Below are positions 12,958 through 26,509 of a DNA stretch of 64,000 nucleotides, in pieces. How positions within the stretch are numbered: the stretch's first letter is position 1; each line of letters starts with the position of its first letter. Source of the DNA: Octopus vulgaris (taxonomy: Eukaryota); NCBI GenBank assembly GCA_951406725.2, contig OX597818.1, positions 7,130,001 to 7,194,000 of the forward strand, given 5' to 3'. A model generated the notes under the pieces. It searched no databases. It was not told the DNA's origin and worked only from the letters and a program-made list of their open reading frames with translations. A program made the translations under genes and the position numbers.

Positions 12958-13036
12958 TAGATATGTGTATACATATATGTGTGTGTAAACACACACACAA
13001 ACATATAGATTCATAAGTTTCTCTCAGGTCCCATCT

Positions 13037-13180
13037 GTGGTAAGAGTTTAGCTTCCCAACGACATGCTCGCAGCTTCAGTCTCACAGCGTGGCATCTTGG
13101 TCAATTGCCTACAATTGCCGGGGCAACCAAAATCTTGTGAGTGGATCTGGTAGTCGGAAACTGAAAGAATCCCGCCGTGT
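13037..13180 (+). mobile_element. SINE family A, 5' half, diverged
   Basis: TGTGGTAAGAGTTTAGCTTCCCAAC...CTTGTGAGTGGATCTGGTAGTCGGAAACTGAAAGAA matches 52330-52480. Confidence 0.8.
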
Positions 13181-13932
13181 ATATAGATATAGCCAGTGAG
13201 AGAGACACGCACAAAACCACACGTATAAAAGACTTACTGTCTTCCCGGTTTACATTAATTTCTGCATATACCCGGCATAAAATGAGACGACATCGAAACA
13301 CTTCATTATACTGTATCGCATTAAGTTAACCTTGTATATTCATATTTCTTTTTGTAAATTTTATTTCGTTTCTCTTTTGCGATTTACTGTTCTTGCTGGC
13401 TGTAATGCATAATGTTCCTTCTGCTGACATTTTCTCTCTGCCTGTAACTGTAACTGTGCTAGTCATTTGTAGATACAATTGATGTTTAGCATTTACTTAA
13501 GAGTGGTTGATTAGCAGAATCGATAATGAGACAAAAGAACAAATATGTTGCTGTACGCAGTTACTTCGTTTTAAGTTCTGAATTTAAATGATGGCGTTGA
13601 TCAATTTGCTTTCCTTTCTTCCGGGGTTGTATACAACATTCATATTTTTGGAGAGATTTTAATTTTCATGAAATGCAGTATAGATATGAATAGAATTTTG
13701 AAAGATTAAGAATTCTCAGCATATTTTAGCTAATTATAATTATTTAGCGCCTATCTGAGAGAGAATTTGGCGGCTATGTCACAAGAGAATTGGGCGGCAA
13801 TATTTTCTTGAAAATCCTTAGTTAATTTTCATGCTTTCACATTTGGATAGATCCATGTCAAATGGACATATATGTTATAATTTTGTGAAAATGATTTGAT
13901 ATGCCCCTCATTTCGAGAAACATATTCTCTAA

Positions 13933-14042
<110 letters not shown>

Positions 14043-14060
14043 ATATATATATATATATAT

Positions 14061-14564
14061 TGCCACCCTATATTGATTAATTATGAATTTTCTGGTTTAT
14101 TCCGTAATGGAATCGGCGGCTTATATTTGCTGCCGATAAATTTGGCGCGAGTGCGATAATTTGAAAATTTTAGGTCAGATATTGCCGAGACAGTGATAGA
14201 AGTGCCTCGTGTAAATATCTGCTCCGATCTGGCTGTTCTTTACTGACGAATCTATCGGCCTATGGAAGACTAGCTTGATTTAATTTAATCAGGTTAGTTT
14301 ACCATTAAACAATAGATGAAACGGTGCATCGTATAAGGAACTACAGGGTAAATGTTTTTTTAATTTTCTCCTGGTTTGCGGAATTAATGTTGCTTTGCGG
14401 TTGAAGCTTTGGCTGTTATTTCTAGTGGGTGAATGGCCTATTATGGCCGTTCCTTGATTGTTGCTGTTGAATTTATAAATGGTCTATGACTATTTAATTT
14501 TTTCCCACTAGGCCGCTGGTGGCAAAAGAATTCTACGAAATTTTTTGCCACCCTATATTGATTA

Positions 14565-14566
<2 letters not shown>
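14061..14566. repeat. ~500-bp insert bounded by 20-bp direct repeats, inside microsatellite DNA
   Basis: TGCCACCCTATATTGATTAA occurs at 14061 and at ~14546; (TATC)n/(TA)n on both sides. Confidence 0.7.
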
Positions 14567-14599
<33 letters not shown>

Positions 14600-14601
14600 C
14601 A

Positions 14602-14672
<71 letters not shown>

Positions 14673-14674
<2 letters not shown>

Positions 14675-15260
14675 CCGTCATCCCCTCCAAATTCTCTTTC
14701 CTCTCCTCAGCAGGATCAGCAAGTAATTGGTCCTTGGCAGCTTTCAGATGTTCTCTAGCTGTACACACTTCGGGGTCAGCAGAGCTGATGTTCCTTCTCT
14801 TCTCTCTCCTCAGAACCTCACTTGCTTCTACTAATGTTTTGGTGAAGTAATCGTACCGCAAGACACACTCTCCTCACTTCCTCCAGTATCTCCTCTACTG
14901 TGTACTTCTACTGTAGCTTATCATCTTCCTTGAAAGATCCCCAGTCATATATTGTTCTCTGGGGTTGAGCCGTACTCTTTCTTAAGCTTACGTGGATTTT
15001 ATAACAATTCGGTGGTCACTGCCCAGTATACTGAAATAGTTGCATAGTTCTGTGTTCATAACACTATTCCGCCAATTCTTCCACACCAGAATGAACTCAA
15101 TATATGACTTGGACAGCTGCATATCATAAATGAAGATCCTTATTTTACCTGGATTCTTCCTAAACTTTGTGTCGACTGCCATCAAGTTCGCCTCCAGCAG
15201 GTGTCCCTCAGTATTCTCTCATTTCGGTTGGTGTTGTTATGGAAGTTATTCTCTAAATGT
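14673..15260 (-). mobile_element. LINE fragment (APE endonuclease C-terminus + linker), probably RTE-like
   Basis: AVDTKFRKNPGK...YIEFILVWKNWRNSVMN...ILGSDHRIV (the SDH endonuclease motif), followed by a charged linker. Confidence 0.8.
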
Positions 15261-15493
15261 CCAGTCAAGATACGCTAAAGAACTTAATCTTTTAATATAT
15301 GACTAGGTTTACGGTTTCGATTCCACAAGTTTGAATAAGTGAGATCTAAATTAGACTTGAATATACCACAATGCCTTTGAATGGAATCCATTTGAGGGAC
15401 ACTATGCGAAATTCCATCCATCATGCATATATATATATGTGCGCGCGAATTCGTGTGTAAGAAAGTATATTATGTATATACATCTATATATAT

Positions 15494-15530
<37 letters not shown>

Positions 15531-15559
15531 TAGATATAGATATGTATATATATATATAT

Positions 15560-15590
<31 letters not shown>

Positions 15591-15591
15591 G

Positions 15592-15649
<58 letters not shown>

Positions 15650-15768
15650 AAATATATATATATAGAGAGATAGATATATAGATGTATATAGATATGTATA
15701 AAGACATATTGCCTGTGTATATAAACACACACACACACACACTCAAATAATATATATATATATAATAA

Positions 15769-15868
15769 CCAACCGAATATGGCGTCCTATACTGGTGTTT
15801 ATAGCCCCAGGAAGATATCTTCCTGGGGCTATAAGCACTGTTCCGTATAGGACACCACACTTGGTTGG
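15769..15868. repeat. 100-bp near-perfect palindrome
   Basis: CCAACC...TATAGCCCCAGGAAGAT|ATCTTCCTGGGGCTATA...GGTTGG. Confidence 0.9.
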
Positions 15869-15941
15869 CAATTATATGTTACGATTCCGTATTGCTACTG
15901 TTTACATGTCGGTCAGAGATTTAGTATAGCTATATATATAT

Positions 15942-15972
<31 letters not shown>

Positions 15973-15973
<1 letters not shown>

Positions 15974-16093
15974 GTCACGTGATCACGTGACCGACCAGGC
16001 TATCAGATGTTGCTACATGTCGCTGGTCACAATGCGCTTCGCATTGTTTTAGCCTTCAAATGACGCTACTCCACTGGCTAAGCGAACAGGCCA
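15973..16093. repeat. Short GC-richer insert within a (TA)n array
   Basis: About 120 bp beginning with the palindrome TCACGTGATCACGTGA, with (TA)n on both sides. Probably a fragment of an interspersed repeat. Confidence 0.55.
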
Positions 16094-16379
16094 ATATATA
16101 TATATATATCTCATTATTTCATTCAATATTTCTGCGATTGATAAAACACCATTTGAAGAAAAGACAACCAGAGAGAAATAATAACTGAAGTCGATATATT
16201 GCTCTAACCCCCTTGAAGAAAACTGCATTATGACTAAAATCCAATGACTACAACGAATTTTCAAACACAACCAGTCAAATTCAATACTTGAAGGAACATC
16301 TATTCAAAATTACAGCTAATACTGAATTTGCTCGTCATACGTACATAGTACATACATACACACTGCTCACGCTTGTGTT

Positions 16380-16419
<40 letters not shown>

Positions 16420-17619
16420 TGTGGATGTTTGTTAGTGTGTGATATGTCTGGGTTTTTGTGTGTGATATTCGGAACACCACTAACCTTCGCAAATATTTGA
16501 ACACACCTACTTCTATGCATTCACATAGAAACTCATAACGTTCTCATCAAAATATGCCTTCTTTAACGTTTAGAACTATTAGAAGAGAACAACTTTTAGA
16601 CGTCAAGGTATTTAGTCTTAAAAGGTCTTCAATTATTTCTGTCTTTCTGTCTTTCGCTTTGCTTTTCCTATATTCCTTTAGGCAAATATTTCTCCTGTGT
16701 AGCTTCCACTCAACTGTGCAGAACTGATGATGTATCGAAAATAGAGCCATCTGACAGATAGCTGCCTATAATTACAGTACATTCAGTGCATGAGACTCAC
16801 CTCGCTACCCATTCGTTTTCTTACTAACATGTCATTAGTCCAAAATAGTTCTTTTGATTATATCATTTATCATATTCTACACCGAAGGCTTTGAACTGGC
16901 ACTGGGTCTTTATTTCGATTATTCATTCCTTCCCAATTGGCTTGCTATTCTCTTTCTTTGAGAAAATAAGTATTTTTCTTTTGCCGATCTATAAACATAT
17001 ATCCCAAGTGTTGTGCCCAGGGGGACTAAGTAATCAACGATTCGACCATTGCCTTTTCATTTTCTTCACATTTTCTCTTTCCAGTATCAATTGACTTTCA
17101 TTTCTTTTTATGCTACACAAAATTTAGTTAGAACCGACTTGAACAATGGAGAAAATAGAACCAAACTGGTCGTTATGTGCATACTAGAAAATGATCACTT
17201 GATGACCAAAAGCACGAAATTATACTGAGCGATAATAATAACAGGTAATGTTACTTCTCAAATATATTTTAATGAATATAACGTTATTTTGATATAAAGG
17301 ATTGCGATTATTGTGAAAGAACTGCTAATTAATATACAAGGTTTGATTCACATTCGAAAATCCTCTCAGGCGTTATATGTTGCATAAATAAGAAAATAGG
17401 AAAACAACCGACTTAAATACATCCAAATTTTTATGATCACTTTGTTTGTTCTCTGAGAATCTATATAGCAAAATAGATTTTGAAAAAGAAATAGGAATAT
17501 ATATTTATGAAAAATATAATTTCACAAATGTGAAAAATCATTAAATTAACTTTGACCGGGAAACGAAGATTAAATCAGCATCTGCATATATGTTGCGGAG
17601 GAGAATACCAGTCACATCT

Positions 17620-18100
17620 AAAAATTAGAAGAATTTAACAATGCAAATTATATTAACGAGATTACGGCTGGGACACAGCAATTTACTCAAACTAGCCACC
17701 GTCAGCTTTCACCATGGCCGCAAGATGGCTACGCAACCTGGTGCATGCGTTCTCACTGTATCTCTGGGAAAAATCTTCAAAGACCTTCATTAGACTTAAT
17801 AGCCTCGGCCAAGGTGATGCAGGAAACCGCACCTCACACATAGTAATCAGAGAAATTAGGAAGCCAGAAATTTGGGCAAGCGAACTTCGAAGAAATCATC
17901 CACTTCTGACTCATTCCAGTGGTATAACAAGAGCTGAATCCTGCTGCCACGCGTAATGCCTTCCAACAACAATCGTCTCCAGCCATGGATTGAGCCTAAA
18001 GCCCTGTTCAATGATATTGGGATGAATATTGGTGTGAAGGATACGCAGCCTCAGTTTCAGCCTTTTGCCAAAATTTGAAACCGATAGCATTGCATTGAAA
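17620..18100 (-). mobile_element. Old Tc1/mariner-superfamily (maT-like) transposase remnant
   Basis: Minus strand reads WQQDSAL...PNFWLPN..DYYV.GAV...ACTRLRSHLAAMVKADGG, homologous to the copies at 26510 and 62929. Confidence 0.75.
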
Positions 18101-18309
18101 AGGTAACATTCATCTGTTCAGTCCGTTAATTGCGATATGAAAGTTACAGGTCTCAGACGATTCAATCCTTAGCTTGTATTTGCGTTATATAACGACCATC
18201 AGCTTATGTTGATGAAATATATGTGAGATTATGTCACTAGATATATCTTATATACGTACTGAATATCGAAACACGAGATAAATATCCCTCACTGATTATT
18301 ACTTGATGC

Positions 18310-18560
18310 TTGTTACTTATTCAGTCATTCTCTTTTTACTGAAGCGCTAATTATGGGAATGTAATGAAACCAACAACGGTTATCAACAGTGGGGTGGGGA
18401 GAAATTAAAATACTAACATACGCACACACGCGCATACAAACATGAATATGCAATGAGCTCCCACGCAGTTTCCGTTTAAAAATACACTCACAAGGCATTG
18501 GGTAATCTGCAGATATAACAGAACTTGTCTATGCAGTAGCACTCGACCCAAGCAAGTTCC
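18310..18560 (-). mobile_element. SINE family A remnant
   Basis: Diverged reverse-complement match to 52380-52610 (CACTCACAAGGCATTGG; AACGGTTATCAA). Confidence 0.6.
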
Positions 18561-18596
18561 TTGCAAAGAGGACTTCTTAATTACACGGGCACGCTT

Positions 18597-18637
<41 letters not shown>

Positions 18638-18669
18638 TGTGTGTGTTATCTTTTACAGTCTTTGGAATG

Positions 18670-19010
18670 TGGGCATGCCACGGCACAGCCTCGCGATTTT
18701 GTCGAGCAAATCGACTTCAGTACATATATGTTTTAAAGCCTAGTACATAATCTATCTGTCACTTTTGGCCGAACTGCTAGATTACAGAGACGGAAATAAA
18801 CAAACACTGGTTGTCAAGTGGTGGTCGGGGTATAAACACGAACACAAAGACATACACGTACGCGCACATAAATATGTTTTTACGATGGACATCATTCAGT
18901 TTCGTTTGCCAAATCTCATATGGCTTCAGTTGACCCAGGACTATAATGGATAATACTTGACCAAAATGTTCAGAGTGTGACTAAATGTAGAACTATGAGA
19001 CTTGGAAGCT
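18670..19010 (-). mobile_element. SINE family A remnant
   Basis: GTCGAGCAAATCGAC...TTTTGGCCGAACTGCTAG...GGTTGTCAAG...CAGTTTCGT; reverse complement of family A. Confidence 0.7.
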
Positions 19011-19299
19011 ATGTCTATACATGTTTTCGAATTTCAAAGAGGATAGATAGAAGTCAAAACATGAATACATGTATTCTTTATTTTTAATAGGCAGAAATAT
19101 CATAGCCAATCAAAAGCTGAGAGTTTCGTAAATGCACGAAATTCTTGGATCTTCATCAGTTTTTAACAGAGAATACCGACCAGTGTTGCATAGGATGTAT
19201 CTCCATTTTTTCTGTATCATTGTTTATTTTCTAATAATTTGTTAGTGTATTTTTGTGCATTATGTCTTTTGTTTTGTGTGTGTTGTCAGAGATTGGCAT

Positions 19300-19586
19300 C
19301 AAAACGCCGATCACTCTCCCTACAGCCCAAGCATTGCTCTCTGTGACATTTGGTTGTTCCCCAAGCTGAAAGAGATCCTCAGGGTCACTCATTTTGAAGA
19401 AATTGAGACGATGTAGACTGTAACAACTCTTGGATACCTACATTCGGAAGGACAACTATGAGGCCTTCACGATGTGGTTGGATTGGTACAACAGCTGCAT
19501 TGAAGTCTGGGGATCCTACTTTGAATTTTGCGCTTCGTTGAAACAAATAAATGCCTTTCGTGAAAGCTTCTGGGATGTACCTCGTA
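19300..19586 (+). mobile_element. mariner transposase 3' fragment
   Basis: PYSPSIALCDIWLFPKLKEILR...WLDWYNSCIEVWGSYFE, matching the YSPDLAP.D and G.YFE motifs; ends CCTCGTA. Confidence 0.85.
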
Positions 19587-19689
19587 CACACACACACATA
19601 CACACATACATACACACAATATCAATCTGTGACACAATATCAGACTTCATATTCTAGAATTAGATGCCCATGATGTTGGATTACTTATT

Positions 19690-20290
19690 ACTCCAAGTTA
19701 AATAAAGTTCATTGCTCACAATCAACAAGGATCCATCGCCAACATCAGCAGTGACCCTATCAATAAAGCTGATGATTTAACGTACCTCGGTTTTGCGATA
19801 GCCCCAACTAAAAAACATGTAAATCCCGGTTGGCCAAATCATGTTCGAATCTAAACAAACTGGATGTTGTCTAAAAATCAAACCTGTTGGTCAACCTTCT
19901 CAAGAGTTTATTCCGTAACAGTAGAGTCAGATTTTTCATATGGACGCTTACCAAACAAAAAAAAAAACTGGAGTCCAAGAGAGATGGAATTTACACCCAA
20001 TTGTTAGGAGTAGTCTAAAACATATCTTCGAAAATTCATCTCATCAAGAAACAGCTACACGGAGAACTCCTCCTTGTTTCCAAGACGCAAGAGCTGGCAT
20101 TTGATCTACTGCTTTGGATGCTAAATGAGAGCCGTACTCGAGCAGGTCGTCTGAATACAACGTATGTAGATCAATTCACTAAAAACGTTGTATACAACCC
20201 CGATGACATCCCTCACGTATTGCAAGACTGAGATGGATGGGATATGTGGATTAAAAGTGTCCGAGGAAGCACGACCAGATGATGCTGATG
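19690..20290 (+). mobile_element. RTE-clade LINE 3' fragment, strongly decayed
   Basis: DDLTYLGFAI, LNKLDVV.KSNL, VES..SYG, DGIYTQLLGVV and QLHGELL motifs; (GAT)n-like tail. Confidence 0.72.
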
Positions 20291-20344
20291 ATATGTAGAA
20301 ATATGCTATATGTATGCAGATATACATATATACCTATATATATG

Positions 20345-20925
20345 GACAACGGACTCGGCAATGACTCTCCAGTCTCGCGCCATTTCCGCTCTACCGGTCA
20401 TTCGCTACAACATATGTTTGTGTTCGGACTGTATCTGCATAGGGGCGACCTGGACTCACGGCTTCGGCGTGAACAGAAATTAAACACCACGTTAAAAGGC
20501 ACACGTCAAATGCTACATAGAACACACAAACACACACACGTTACACATGCACACACACATACATGTGAAGCTCACTGCGTCCACTATCGCCCATATACAC
20601 TTACACACTCACACACATACACCATTCTTACATGCACACACACGTTTGTGCAACTCCTTTTGTTGGGATCACCATGAATTATCTCCACTTTATTCAGCTT
20701 ATTTTTATTATTGTCTCCCTTTCATTCAAACACTTTTTTCCCCAGTCGTCAACATGTTGGACCACTGAACTAAAGATATTCTTTTTCATTACCCCTATTT
20801 ATTTGATGTTATAAATTTCTGTCAAAGAACATAGGCTTGAAACGTAAAACACTTTTCCATATTTCCGAGTGTAAAACTAATATAATTTCTTGTTGTCCCT
20901 ACCCTGTCTTCGTCTTTGATTTTCT
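20345..20925 (+). mobile_element. PLE family P1 derivative (end of GIY-YIG + terminal repeat)
   Basis: GNDSPVSRHFRSTGHSLQHMFVFGL..HRGD.DSRLRREQKL matches 8890-9015 (minus). Degenerate hammerhead CTGTCAAAGAACATAGGCTTGAAACGTA at 20819-20846. Confidence 0.8.
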
Positions 20926-20997
20926 ATATATTTGAACTACACACAGACACAGACACAGACAGACAGACACACACACACACATACACACAAGCACATA

Positions 20998-22913
20998 TCT
21001 TTTACATATATAAAAGCAAGTTGTCTGTCTCAAGTTACCGCCTACACCTGTTAACGAATTTTCGAGAAACTTTGCAAACATGCTAAAGTAGCATCCAATT
21101 TCTTACTAAGCGCATTGAAGATTAATACAAATCTATAATTGGATGCCTACGGCCCCTAGAAGGGATCCATATACATAACCATTACCCACCAAGTGAAATA
21201 ACCCATTCATTTTCCTATGTATAATAAATGAAGAAATGTATAATAAATACTTCTCGATTTATTAAAGAAGCATTTTACATTACGTGGATTTCTCACAAGA
21301 AATTGTAAGACAAGCATGTGACTGTATCTGGTATAATCAAGTGGATTATGTTTATTCCTTAGTATTTGAACTGTTAGACTTATTTTCGCAATTTATCAGT
21401 ACAACAATTAAACAAATAAAAAGTATTTTCCTAAACAATAGATCCACTCATTTCAGTTAGTGACTTATTCACGAATATACTATGAATGACGATGCCTTTC
21501 ATGTCACTTCAGCCAATTGACAAACGCTACATAAAGAACTGTTCTGTTTTTAGACAAATGCATCACAAACGACACAAACGACACACCCTGTTTACATTTA
21601 GGAACACCTTCTTAATTTATATTGATAGATGTGTTGATGTTTTGCAACGATACACTCCAACCACACAAGTAAACAGAAATCGCCCTTTATCTATCAATAT
21701 AATTGTAATCTGCACTGTCCTCATACAGTACACATGCCGTTTACATGCAGGAACATTTTCTTAATTCATATTGTTAGCTCTGTTGATGCTTTCTTAAGAT
21801 TTACCCTTTACTTTTATATAACGACGAAGGGGAAATAACCCATTTAAAATCCCTTATTTTTCATTCCGCCCGCTGGTCAATTGCTCTGTCATAAAAGTCA
21901 CACGCTGTTTACATGCAGGAGCACTTTCTGAAAAAAGATAAAATCTGAGTTCTCGACCTGTGCGCACACGAAAACTGCGACAAAAGCGGTCAACAATAAA
22001 TCCACTTATTTCGGTTAGTGACTTATACATGAATATACTATGAAGGACGTTGTCTTTCATGTCACTTCAGCCAATTGACAAGCGCTGCATGAAGAACTGT
22101 TCTGCTTTTAGACAAATGCACTGTGATCACAAAAGTCACACCCTGTTTACATGTAGGAACACCTTCTTAATTTATAATGATAGATGTGTTAATGATATGT
22201 AAAGATGTACTCTATGTAACAACCAACCACACATGTAGGTAGAAATCACCATTTATCTGTCAATAAAATTGCAATCTGCACTTTATTCATACAATTCACA
22301 TGCTGTTTAAATGTAGGAACATTTTCTTAAGTCATATGGATAGCTGTGTTGTAAATGTATTGATAATCTATGTGTTATTTTATCTTTAACTCTATATGCA
22401 AATTTATTTGTATGTCTAATGTAAAACTAAATGTCAGTCTATTACTACATTCACTGTAAATATATTTCAACACTAGCAGCCTGGGGGTAATAATCTCTGG
22501 GAAGGCACAAAAGCCCTTTTCAGAGTTAAGTACTTCGAATTGTCATTATCTCATATCTGATTACCCTGTTATTATGTAACATGCTTCACGATTTTGGTAT
22601 ACATAATTTATATGTTCTCTGGGAAGGCATTAAAGCCTTTTTCGGGGCTGCTTTATTTGAATTCTTACTATCGGGTAACTAATTTCATGTTATTACATAG
22701 CTGACGTCACAATATGGGTATTCATAACTTATTGGGATTTCCTAAAAATAGCATGCTGTGTCAGACAGTTCGGTATACTCTGTTAATGCACAAAAAACTC
22801 GTTTTAAGGGTTATATGCTTTGTATTGTTGTTATTGGATTAACGAAACAATTAAGAGTACAGAACCAAGGGATAAATTCCGCTTTTCCGGGAATTGCCGG
22901 GTACGTCAGCTAG
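20998..22913 (+). mobile_element. Non-autonomous Helitron, family H2, with internal tandem repeats
   Basis: 5' A|TCTTTTACATATATAAAAGCAAGTTGTCTGTCT; 3' hairpin CCGG-GAATTG-CCGG then GTACGTCAGCTAG|T. Internal ~560-bp and ~120-bp duplications. Confidence 0.7.
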
Positions 22914-22926
22914 TATATATATATAT

Positions 22927-23647
<721 letters not shown>

Positions 23648-23659
23648 AATATATATATT

Positions 23660-23858
23660 TAATCCCCGCAAAAAGATGAAAAAACAAAAAAATCAACAAC
23701 GTGATTATGTGGTATATGCAAAGTATTAGAAGACGTATGCAAAGTAGTTTTACGTTTCGAGCAAAGCTCTTTTTCAGAAATAGAAGACAGAGAAAAGTCC
23801 CAGAGAAATGGAAGATGGAAGAAAAAATCGCCAACGATCCACATGTGGTTACATTTTG
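23660..23858 (-). mobile_element. PLE-type terminal repeat (another family) with a hammerhead-like motif
   Basis: Minus strand TTT CTGAAAAA GAGC TTT GCTC GAAAC GTA AAA (23748-23780); flanked by TA-rich arrays. Confidence 0.65.
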
Positions 23859-23987
23859 AATATATGTATATATATTCATACATACATACATATAAATATA
23901 TATATGTGCATCATTATATATGTGTATATATATATACAGGTATATGTATATATATATATATGTATATATACAGATATATGTATATAC

Positions 23988-24020
<33 letters not shown>

Positions 24021-24051
24021 TATATGTATATACGTGTATATATATATATGC

Positions 24052-24082
<31 letters not shown>

Positions 24083-24098
24083 GATATATAGATAGGTG

Positions 24099-24143
<45 letters not shown>

Positions 24144-24223
24144 ATAGATAGACAGATATATATATATAATATTTATATGTATGTATGTATGTGTATATAT
24201 GTTGTATATGTGTACGTACTTAT

Positions 24224-24510
24224 CAGTGGTGATTCCAGCACTCAGCCTGTTCGTGTTAAGCCCGAGTATGAATTTAGTAAAGAGAACGTGTATTTGCAAG
24301 CTGATTTAATTTCTGGCTGCCGTTTTAGAGGTACCCTGTGTCAAAAAATGCGATTCGGGGCAGAAGTTCTCTAGATATCGTTCACACGTGCCTGACTCAA
24401 CTCACAATTTAGTGCCCGATATCTTATATATAATCATAAGAATTAAAAGTAATTCAAATTCAATAATTCCTTGAGACAATTTCTATAGAGATTAGGATTT
24501 AAATTCCAAT
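24224..24510 (+). mobile_element. hAT-like terminal fragment
   Basis: Starts CAGTGGTGATTCCAG (hAT-type TIR start); the body matches 3225-3556. Confidence 0.55.
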
Positions 24511-24639
24511 AATGATATAAATAATATATATATATACATATATACATACATACATATACATATAGATACATATATATATATATATATATATATGCATATA
24601 TGGCTACAGGACGTCACCTACTGTCGTATATATGTGTAT

Positions 24640-24860
24640 ATTTGTGAGTGTGCGTCTGTGTGTCTGCGTTTGCACTCCCACTATTGCTTGAGAACCAATC
24701 TTGCTGTGTTTACGTACCCATAAACTAGCGGTTCGGCAGAAGACACTGATAGAATAAATACTAGGCTTACAAAATTAAATCGTGTGGTTGATTTGTTCGG
24801 CCAACGGCAGTGTTCCAGCATGGCCGCAGTCACATGATTGAAATAAGCGGAACAATAAAA
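24640..24860 (+). mobile_element. SINE family A, 3' half
   Basis: TAGCGGTTCGGCAAGAAGAC...GATAGAATAAATACTAGGCTTACAAA...TTCCAGCATGGCCGCAGTCA. Confidence 0.85.
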
Positions 24861-24917
24861 AAAACATGCCATTTTATTTTCGACCAAGGCTGGGTATCTC
24901 TGCTAGTGCATATATAC

Positions 24918-24995
<78 letters not shown>

Positions 24996-26183
24996 TAGTG
25001 TGTGTACAGTATAAAGCTCACCCACCTTCAGAATATACCCGATGCTATCCAGTAGTAGAATCATACCTACTGCCAGATTTGCGTTGGAGCATCTATAGTG
25101 TGTGTATCCATAAATGACTCCAAATTGTTCAAATATACACTCAGAAACACACACACACACACACACATATATATGTTTGTGTGTGTGCGTGTGTGTGTGT
25201 GTGTGTGTGTTTGTGTGCGTGCGAACATTATTTTATGTAAAATTTAAAGAAAGTGTTACTAATAATTTCTTGCATGCGCTTCCATACTGGCTTCGGAGAG
25301 GAATAGTGGAAATCTCTTTATCTAAGAATCCTTACTTATCCACCGACTTAACCCCCAAAATCAATAGTTTATCGTTGTTGTGTCGGTGACATCCAGTAAA
25401 TGTATTACCAACTTCCCCCTTGATCGCTGTGTCTATGATCAGTACCTTCATCAATCCGATGATGACTGGCATTGTTGCCTACCAGCACCTAAATTGCTGC
25501 CAGCATAGTTTCCACCACTGCTGTTGCCAGTTATGATGTGCAGCGCTGCTGCTGACAGCCAGTCAACGACTACTACAAACTCACACACCGACGTATACCA
25601 CGACATTCACCGCCATCACTAGTTACGCCTATGTTGACAATACCATCACCGACTACTACCACTGCATTCACTACCATCGATAACTACCCTTACTACCACT
25701 GCTACTAACTTTGCGCTTCCCTCAATGTGAAGCACCAGGAAGCACCGGACTAAAACGGGGTCACTGCCCATCCGGCTGTCCAATAAGGCAGGATATACGT
25801 TGTCACAAATCTCTTTCACTGTTACCTCCTGAAGTTAGCTTTATGCGTCTGAGCGCATTTACGCATGCACACGCGCACACACATACATACGTGTATATGA
25901 ATATAAGTGTATGTATGTATACATAAATACATATGTATACTAAATGCGTCTAGGATGTTAGAAACAACTACACTGCTGGAAATAAGACTTATAGTGGTCT
26001 AATGCTGTAGTCTAACACGTAATTCTACACGTATATACATTTATGTGCTTTGACTACAACAATAGATCATTTTACCTCTTATTTCTATCAATGCAGTCGC
26101 ATCTAGTGATAATTATACTTTACATTTTTGATAAAACATTGCACAAATATACATAAGTATGTAAATATACATACATACATACA

Positions 26184-26219
<36 letters not shown>

Positions 26220-26509
26220 TATTTATACATATATATAGTTTAACCCTAGGTGCCGTAAGAGCCACCGAGGTGAATTAAGAGGGTCTGCTTCAAAATTCGA
26301 AATCACTGTTGAACTTGCTATGTTCGCTTGGGAGCTTGTCTATCTTGTCAGTCATTAAGATCATTCTTCCGTTACTATTGAATTGTTTTGGCTCTTATTT
26401 CTAGCAATGCTGGTACCACTTAGCGCCCTTTGTCACTTTAGTGACGTCTATAAACTTGCCTTCAGGCTGTTAAATTGCTAATAAGCCACGCATATTATTC
26501 ATATATATA

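Noticed and set aside
21580-22350. CRISPR-like repeat/spacer appearance
   Set aside because: The repeats are degenerate, the spacers are 120-210 bp and homologous to each other, there are no cas genes and the context is eukaryotic. It is explained as Helitron-internal tandem duplication.
25400-25720. Thr-rich mucin-like sequence
   Set aside because: Degenerate (ACC/ACT)n low-complexity DNA with no sustained ORF or splice context.
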